Source: Bacteroidia bacterium
Lineage (GTDB): Bacteria > Bacteroidota > Bacteroidia > 2-12-FULL-35-15
DNA: 64,000 nt
Reading direction: 5' to 3'
Assembly (NCBI GenBank): GCA_045805205.1
Contig: JBJMLR010000001.1
Location: 120,677 to 184,676, forward strand
The notes under the pieces: generated by a model
The model's input: only the letters and a program-made list of their open reading frames with translations
Database searches by the model: none
Told to the model about the DNA's origin: nothing
Position numbers and translations under genes: made by a program
Shown here: piece after piece, positions 58,424-64,000 of the stretch
How the letters are laid out: every line of letters begins with the position of its first letter
Numbering within the stretch: the stretch's first letter is position 1

Positions 58424-58492
58424 AGATATTTTATAAGTTAAATTGAAGCCTGAAAAAAAGAGTACGAATGTTTGTTTAATTGACTTTATTTA

Positions 58493-58500
58493 TATATTTG
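58493..58500 (+). promoter_or_regulatory. -7 box TATATTTG upstream of the kinase gene
   Basis: Exact TAnnTTTG 51 nt before ATG at 58551. Confidence 0.4.
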
Positions 58501-58550
58501 CTTAATTAATAACCAGAATTATCAGCTTTATCGATTTAACTTAGCGTTTT

Positions 58551-59096
58551 ATGATGTTAGATATTTACGATTTTTACGATAAAATGGAGCGTAACAACAT
58601 TATGCTCTCTTTTAAAGGCGATATTACTTCTGAGTTACTTACCTCGATCCTGCAAATAATGGAATCCAAACTGGACAACTTGCAGGAAGAACCAAAGATC
58701 AAAAAGAAAGTTTACAATGTTTTAGTGGAGTGTCTTCAGAATCTATATCACCATATGGATGAAGTTGCTCCCGATCAGAACGATGTTACCCGTTCAGCTA
58801 TATTTATGATCGGGAAGATCGATAACCAGTATAACATTGTGACCGGAAATTATATTAAGAAAGAGAACGTAGAAGGTCTGAAAAAAAGACTGGAAGATAT
58901 TAACCAGTTAACAAAGGAGGAACTAAAAGAATACTACAAATCCGTGCTCAATAATGGAGAGATGTCTTTGAAAGGCGGAGGCGGATTGGGAATGATAGAC
59001 ATAGCACGTAAAACAGGAGAGAAATTGAATTTTAATTTTTCACCGGTCGATGATAAATTTTCATTTTTCAGTTTAAATATCAAAATATCACAATAA
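58551..59096 (+). CDS. GHKL-type anti-sigma/partner-switch serine kinase (RsbW/SpoIIAB-like; SiaB-family-like)
   Basis: 181 aa; N-box VECLQNLYHH (E-x3-N-x3-H) and G-box GGGGLGMIDIA. Confidence 0.55.
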   Translation: MMLDIYDFYDKMERNNIMLSFKGDITSELLTSILQIMESKLDNLQEEPKIKKKVYNVLVECLQNLYHHMDEVAPDQNDVTRSAIFMIGKIDNQYNIVTGNYIKKENVEGLKKRLEDINQLTKEELKEYYKSVLNNGEMSLKGGGGLGMIDIARKTGEKLNFNFSPVDDKFSFFSLNIKISQ

Positions 59097-59107
59097 CAAA
59101 AAAGATT

Positions 59108-59488
59108 ATGGAAACAATTTCAATTGAAGGAACACCAAAAACCCCAACCATCACTTTTGACACAGGGAAAGGATTTTTAGAGATCAAAGGACGCTCTATC
59201 CCTGAAAACTCTATCGAGTTTTACAAGCCATTAGTGGATTGGCTGGAAAAGTATGCGGCAAAACCTCAGTCAGCAACCAATGTTAATATTCAACTGGAAT
59301 ATTTCAACACGAGCTCATCAAAGTGTATCCTTGATGTATTCAAAAAGTTGGAAGCAATCAATAAAGGTGGAAGCGCAGTGGTGATCAACTGGTATTATGA
59401 AGAGGATGATGAGGATATGCTCGAAGCAGGTGAGGATTACCAGGCAATTATCAATGTACCATTCAAGATGGTGCAGGTAGCAGAATAA
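59108..59488 (+). CDS. DUF1987 domain protein (SiaC-like phospho-switch substrate)
   Basis: 126 aa; METISIEGTPKTPTITFDTGKGFLEIKGRSIPENSIEFYKPLVDWL matches the DUF1987 N-terminal pattern; 12 nt after the kinase gene. Confidence 0.55.
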   Translation: METISIEGTPKTPTITFDTGKGFLEIKGRSIPENSIEFYKPLVDWLEKYAAKPQSATNVNIQLEYFNTSSSKCILDVFKKLEAINKGGSAVVINWYYEEDDEDMLEAGEDYQAIINVPFKMVQVAE

Positions 59489-59520
59489 TCTGATACTTCT
59501 TTAAATACATTCTATTTAAG

Positions 59521-59559
59521 GCGAGTCGGGATGCGTATGCATCGCGGCTCGCTTTTTTT
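59521..59559 (+). terminator. rho-independent terminator
   Basis: gcgagtcg ... cggctcgc stem (one G-U pair) plus T7. Confidence 0.6.
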
Positions 59560-59850
59560 GTCTGACCTGCCGGAGAATAATCGCCGGGCAAACTCACTCA
59601 CAGGTACCACCTGGAATTTCCTTCCCCGCTAAAATTCAGCTCAGCAAAAATCGTGTACAATATTCCGGGTCCAGCCGGGTCCTAAACGGAAAAATCATCC
59701 GATAGATGAAACGGTCTCCTGTTTTCCTCGAATCAAAAACCCCTTTTGACGAAATTCTGAGGGTCCCGGTATAAATTCTAGCTAATTTCGTCCCGTTCGC
59801 AATCTGAAGCGCCCATAATCGCGTAAATTCAACATAAACAGGCTCCCTGA

Positions 59851-60459
59851 ATGAACGTACAGGAATATATCGATTCCGGAATACTGGAAACCTACGTGCT
59901 AGGCGTTTCCACAAAAGCGGAATGTGCGGAAGTGGAGCGTATGGCATCTGTTCACCCGGAGATCCGGTCGGAAATTGAAGCGATTGAATATGCCATGGAA
60001 AAATATGCCATGGATAATGCTGTACGGCCGCATGCTGCGATCAAGCCGATGCTCTTGGCCACCATCGACTATATGGAACGGATGCAGAACGGAGAACCTT
60101 CTTCTTTTCCTCCGATCCTGAATGAAAAATCCCGGCCGGAAGATTATTATCAGTGGATCAGCCGCAGCGATATGAACGTTCCGAACGATTTTGAAGAGCT
60201 CTTCGCCAAGATCATCGGTTATTCATCGGAGGTCACGTCTGCAATTGTATGGATCAAGCACATGGCTCCGCAGGAAGTACACGATGATGAATTTGAAAAA
60301 TTCCTGATCCTGGAAGGGACCTGCGATATCGTTATCGGCGAAAAGATCCACAAGCTTGTTCCCGGTGATTATTTCCAGATCCCCCTGCATGCAAAACACG
60401 AAGTAAGAGTCACTTCTTCCATTCCATGTAAAGTTATTCTGCAGAGAGTGGCAGCATGA
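59851..60459 (+). CDS. cupin-domain protein with ChrR-like anti-sigma architecture (N-terminal helical ASD-like domain plus C-terminal cupin)
   Basis: N-terminus YVLGVSTKAECAEVERMASVHPEIRSEIEAIE resembles anti-sigma N-domains but lacks the zinc HxxxCxxC motif; C-terminal cupin strands (GDYFQIPLHAKHEV). Confidence 0.35.
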   Translation: MNVQEYIDSGILETYVLGVSTKAECAEVERMASVHPEIRSEIEAIEYAMEKYAMDNAVRPHAAIKPMLLATIDYMERMQNGEPSSFPPILNEKSRPEDYYQWISRSDMNVPNDFEELFAKIIGYSSEVTSAIVWIKHMAPQEVHDDEFEKFLILEGTCDIVIGEKIHKLVPGDYFQIPLHAKHEVRVTSSIPCKVILQRVAA

Positions 60460-60509
60460 TCCGGATTGCTGTTCCGGATCAAACACATTGCCAGGGCCGA
60501 GATCTTACT

Positions 60510-61505
60510 TTACTGTAAAACGATTTTCCTTACCGCTGTTCCTTCCGCTGAAATGATCTTAACGAAGTAAATCCCTTTCGGTAACTCCGAGGCGTCAATA
60601 GTCGTCTGGCTTTTTTGCAGGTTCTCGGACCTTAAGATCCGGCCAAGCTGATCACAGATCTGCAATTCGCATTTCTGGTTGACCGATGAGATCGAGATCG
60701 TAAGCTGGCCATTTGATGGATTGGGGTTTACCGCAAATGAATTCAGCACCGACTCTTCAATGCCTGTTGCACTTGCACATTCCAATGCGATCATTTGTCC
60801 GGCAGTTACCCAGCCTGTTCCGGAACATCCCGAAAGTGCTGCTGTACGGTTCCCGGTTGCGCCGGCGCTGCTGAAATTTTCGTCGGAGATCTCCAGGTTC
60901 TCATTTCCCCAGGGATGATTGCCGGTAGTGCTTACGTCGAGGCGCTCGGTCAGTGAGGCCGTCGGAATAATATTCGTTGCGCTGGAATTTACACTGCAGA
61001 TGAAAATATTTACAAGTTTTGTGCAGGCGGAAGTGGTTGTTACACCGGTTGTAGTGATAGCGCCGCAAGCATCCTGGGCGCCATTATTACTGTTCATGTT
61101 TATGGGAGTAGTTGTGTTCACGCCGCGGTAAGCCGCAATTCCGCCAACATACAGCTGGTTAGTATTACCGGTGAAAGTATAAGTCGAAGGTTCCGATGCC
61201 GTCGCGATCTTATAGAAAGTTGCCAGCTGTATGGTTGTATTGGAGGAGCCGCAGCCGGATCCTGTATTACTCGTCTGGTTGATCGCTATCCAGCCCGCAG
61301 GAGCTGTGATCGGACCTCCTGAATTACACCAGCCACAATGTACAGCTGCTATCAGCACATCGTTTGCCATGATCCCGCTGGGTGCAGATACGGTAACATT
61401 TACTGTGCTGCCTACTGCCTGTGCAGAGGAAACAAAAGTGATCTGTGCAGACATTTTTAATGCAGAAAAAGGGAGTAGAAGGAGAAGCAGGTAGATCTTT
61501 TTCAT
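60510..61505 (-). CDS. secreted protein with T9SS type-A C-terminal sorting domain
   Basis: Signal peptide; C-terminus ASELPKGIYFVKIISAEGTAVRKIVLQ is a canonical Por-secretion CTD. Confidence 0.6.
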   Translation of the reverse strand: MKKIYLLLLLLPFSALKMSAQITFVSSAQAVGSTVNVTVSAPSGIMANDVLIAAVHCGWCNSGGPITAPAGWIAINQTSNTGSGCGSSNTTIQLATFYKIATASEPSTYTFTGNTNQLYVGGIAAYRGVNTTTPINMNSNNGAQDACGAITTTGVTTTSACTKLVNIFICSVNSSATNIIPTASLTERLDVSTTGNHPWGNENLEISDENFSSAGATGNRTAALSGCSGTGWVTAGQMIALECASATGIEESVLNSFAVNPNPSNGQLTISISSVNQKCELQICDQLGRILRSENLQKSQTTIDASELPKGIYFVKIISAEGTAVRKIVLQ

Positions 61506-61636
61506 GTGAGTAGTTTTTTGTTTGAAGATGAAAGGTAAAATAATCCGGCGAGGAAAGCAAATTCATTTGCTACCGGCCTTAAATTTTTTGTGGTACAAAT
61601 CTTTTGAATCCGGTTCTAAAAAAAGCTACGTAAAAT

Positions 61637-62275
61637 ATGAAAAAGATCACTCCTTTAATCGCTGTTACCGTCATACTGCTGGCCGGCTGCTCAACATCCA
61701 CTTATATTACCGGCTCATGGAAATCTCCTTCGCCTCCATCGGCAGCATACAACAGTTTGCTCATTGCTGCAATGACAAAAAATACCGTCGTGCGGTCGAC
61801 ACTGGAGAATGATATGGCGGATGCCATCGGATCCGGTGTGCAAACGCTTAAAAGCATCAATGAATTTCCGCCGGATTTCAACGGTGCGGATTCCAATAAG
61901 CAGGTGATGCTGGATAATATGAAAAACCGGAACGTTCGCGGGATCCTAGTCATTTCCATTCTCAAAAAGGAAAATGATTCCCGCTATATCGGACCGGAGC
62001 CATATACTCCGATGGGATATGTTTACTATAACAATTTCTGGAGCTATTATAGCTATTGGTATCCTACCGTTTATGATCCGAATTATTATACGCCGGATAA
62101 GGTTTATTACATGGAGACCAATCTTTATGATACCCAGTCGGAAAAGCTGATCTGGTCGGCGCAATCGAAGACCTACACGCCGGATAATCTGATTCCTTTT
62201 TCAAAAGAGTTCGCGCAGGTGATCACCGGTAAGCTGAGGACCGATGGATTGCTTCCTCCGAAAGCTGCAAAATAA
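61637..62275 (+). CDS. hypothetical lipoprotein, Tyr-rich (DUF4136-like)
   Basis: Lipobox LLAGCSTS; Tyr-rich YVYYNNFWSYYSYWYPTVYDPNYY segment. Confidence 0.35.
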   Translation: MKKITPLIAVTVILLAGCSTSTYITGSWKSPSPPSAAYNSLLIAAMTKNTVVRSTLENDMADAIGSGVQTLKSINEFPPDFNGADSNKQVMLDNMKNRNVRGILVISILKKENDSRYIGPEPYTPMGYVYYNNFWSYYSYWYPTVYDPNYYTPDKVYYMETNLYDTQSEKLIWSAQSKTYTPDNLIPFSKEFAQVITGKLRTDGLLPPKAAK

Positions 62276-62904
62276 GGCTGGTGAATTGGATGGAGAAGAA
62301 ATTTGCTTTGCTGATTACACAGCTTGCAGCAAATAAAAAAGCCCTTGCCGATAGCTCGGAAGGACTTTTTCGAATCGTATCACACACTCCCAGATAGTGA
62401 TGCGATTATCTGAATGCAATTATAATATGAAAAGTTGGTATGAAGCTCAAATGTTGATAAATAGGGCATTTGGGCAAGAAATTCCACACTTTTTCCGCGA
62501 ATTATGCAGGAATAAAGTGATCCATTTTACGACTCTGCTGTTCGCTTTTATTAAAATGATTGATCACTGCGTTTGCGTGGGGTTCTAAAAGATGGACTAC
62601 TTCGCGGGGCTCGTAGTAAAGAAATGGACTACTTCGTTGCACTCGTAGTGAAAAAAAATAAGGACGCAGCCGTTCAAACTGCGCCCCCTCGCGATCGGAT
62701 ACTGTTGTTTTGCAACAACGTCTTAACCCCAATTAAAACTTATATCCGTTCGTTTTTCCGTATTAACAAAAGACGTACGAAGAAACAAAAAGTTTAGATT
62801 CAAAAAACGATTCTTCACAAAAATGGCAATTCCGCTATTAACGGCGGATATAGGTATAAATACCTGGTTTTGATGTCATATTTTGCAGCTATTGCTTTGC
62901 CCAT

Positions 62905-64000
62905 TTAAAACACGTATCCCGCCGAGACCTTAGCTGACAAAGGTGTTCCGGGTGTGAAATGAAGCTCGTCTACAGGTTTGTCCTCGAAAGGCAACCGGCT
63001 CTCCGTGTCAAACTGCGCCTCGTTCCATTCGGTGTTCAACAGGTTCTCAATGCTGAAGCCGATCTTCATCCGCTTTGTTTTGTAATTCAGGGAAAGGTCC
63101 AGAATAGTATATCCCTTAGCCGTGACACTGTTTGATTCATTAGCCGGCCGTGCTGCCATGTACCGGTATCGCAAACCGGCTTCCACCTTTTTGTGCCGGA
63201 GAGTAAGGCCTCCTGCTGATGTTGCTATGGGTGCCAAAGGGATATAATGGTTTGTACCTAGCCGGTCTCCGAAAGGTTGAGCGGTCAGTTCGTTTTGTGA
63301 AAGGTTCAGATCCGCGTCTGCAAAGAGCCATGGCGTGATCTGGTAGCGTGTGCTCAGATCGATTCCAAGTCTTCTGCTGGAACCTTTATTCTCTGTTGTT
63401 CCATCGTCGCCGGCATAGACCAGTTCATTTTCTGTTTCCAGCCACCATAGTGCAGCAGACGTCACGATTTTCCTTCCGGCATGCGCGAGTGTTCCGATCT
63501 CGCCGCCGACCGAACGGGGCAGCTGATGATTGGATGGCTCCTGCACGGCGGAACGTGCATCATTTGAATGATAGCCTCCTCCGACATTGATGAAGAGCTG
63601 CAGATTATTGTTCGCTGTATAAATGAAATTTACTTTCGGACTGAAAAGCGTTTGATAGTTGTAACCGGTATAATTTGTATGAGTGGAATCAGCCGGAAGC
63701 AGATCCTCCACATCAAATGTAAAATAATCATATCTGGCACCCAGCTCTAACCTGAAATGGTCATTAAAGCGGAAGGCTTCATTCGCGAATACTCCCGAGG
63801 ATCGCTGGTGAATCATCGCATGCGCCCTGGCTTCCAGCCGTTCGCGCTTCACAGCGTGCCAGAGCTGGTTCTCGATCTCGTCTGATCGGAATGAAGCTCC
63901 AATGCTGAATCTTTCGGTGCTTTTTCCAATCGAATGGGGAATCGTGTATTTCATATTCAGGCCATGGACGCTCCTGGTATCATCCTGTTCGATCTCATCT
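62905..64000 (-). CDS. TonB-dependent outer-membrane receptor, C-terminal part (gene continues beyond the window end)
   Basis: Beta-barrel strand periodicity; ends with C-terminal aromatic (...SAGYVF); no TonB box or plug within the window, so partial. Confidence 0.55.
   Translation of the reverse strand, partial: DEIEQDDTRSVHGLNMKYTIPHSIGKSTERFSIGASFRSDEIENQLWHAVKRERLEARAHAMIHQRSSGVFANEAFRFNDHFRLELGARYDYFTFDVEDLLPADSTHTNYTGYNYQTLFSPKVNFIYTANNNLQLFINVGGGYHSNDARSAVQEPSNHQLPRSVGGEIGTLAHAGRKIVTSAALWWLETENELVYAGDDGTTENKGSSRRLGIDLSTRYQITPWLFADADLNLSQNELTAQPFGDRLGTNHYIPLAPIATSAGGLTLRHKKVEAGLRYRYMAARPANESNSVTAKGYTILDLSLNYKTKRMKIGFSIENLLNTEWNEAQFDTESRLPFEDKPVDELHFTPGTPLSAKVSAGYVF

Noticed and set aside
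62594-62700. tRNA or tmRNA gene
   Set aside because: A GTTCAAA T-loop-like segment is flanked by a stem giving a 9-nt loop. There is no encoded CCA, no matching acceptor 5' arm and no recognisable tag-peptide reading frame. It is left as a candidate ncRNA region only.
1-64000. Mobile elements, prophage, defence islands (transposase, integrase, RM, toxin-antitoxin, cas)
   Set aside because: No ORF in any frame shows DDE/HUH transposase, tyrosine/serine recombinase, methyltransferase-endonuclease pair or Cas motifs. The only MazG-named genes are housekeeping-type pyrophosphohydrolases, not TA toxins.

Overview
This 64-kb chromosomal segment looks like Bacteroidota, probably Sphingobacteriia/Chitinophagia-like. 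Supporting signs are TAnnTTTG-type -7 promoter boxes 30-55 nt upstream of several start codons, a triplet of DUF1573 genes, a T9SS C-terminal-sorting-domain cargo protein, WG-repeat and TPR/OmpA/PD40 envelope proteins, and a LytS/LytTR two-component system. Gene content is mostly housekeeping plus envelope and proteolysis functions. These include valS, a class-I aminotransferase, cyclophilin, MazG, ApaG, an MnmD-like methyltransferase, an aquaporin, a peroxiredoxin, ZIP/MFS/LysE transporters and many peptidases (S51 cyanophycinase-like, M1, two M23-LysM, M61-like, M42, DUF885, DUF2265-like). I recognised no transposase, integrase, cas gene, rRNA or canonical tRNA. The non-coding DNA is unusually structured. 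It holds a seven-copy ~88-bp tandem array, three octanucleotide microsatellites at gene boundaries, a three-copy family of ~80-90-nt nested-hairpin intergenic elements, a 105-bp tandem duplication spanning a gene 3' end, and several short direct-repeat or hairpin sites. The most system-like locus is 52.3-59.5 kb. It has two PP2C/SpoIIE phosphatases with different sensor domains (a polytopic membrane domain; a periplasmic Reg_prop beta-propeller plus Y_Y_Y domain). These are followed by an RsbW-like GHKL serine kinase and a DUF1987 (SiaC-like) protein. That makes a SiaABC-type phospho partner switch with no recognisable output nearby (no GGDEF, sigma factor or STAS protein). All calls rest on motif recognition by eye from the supplied translations. 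No database search was run.
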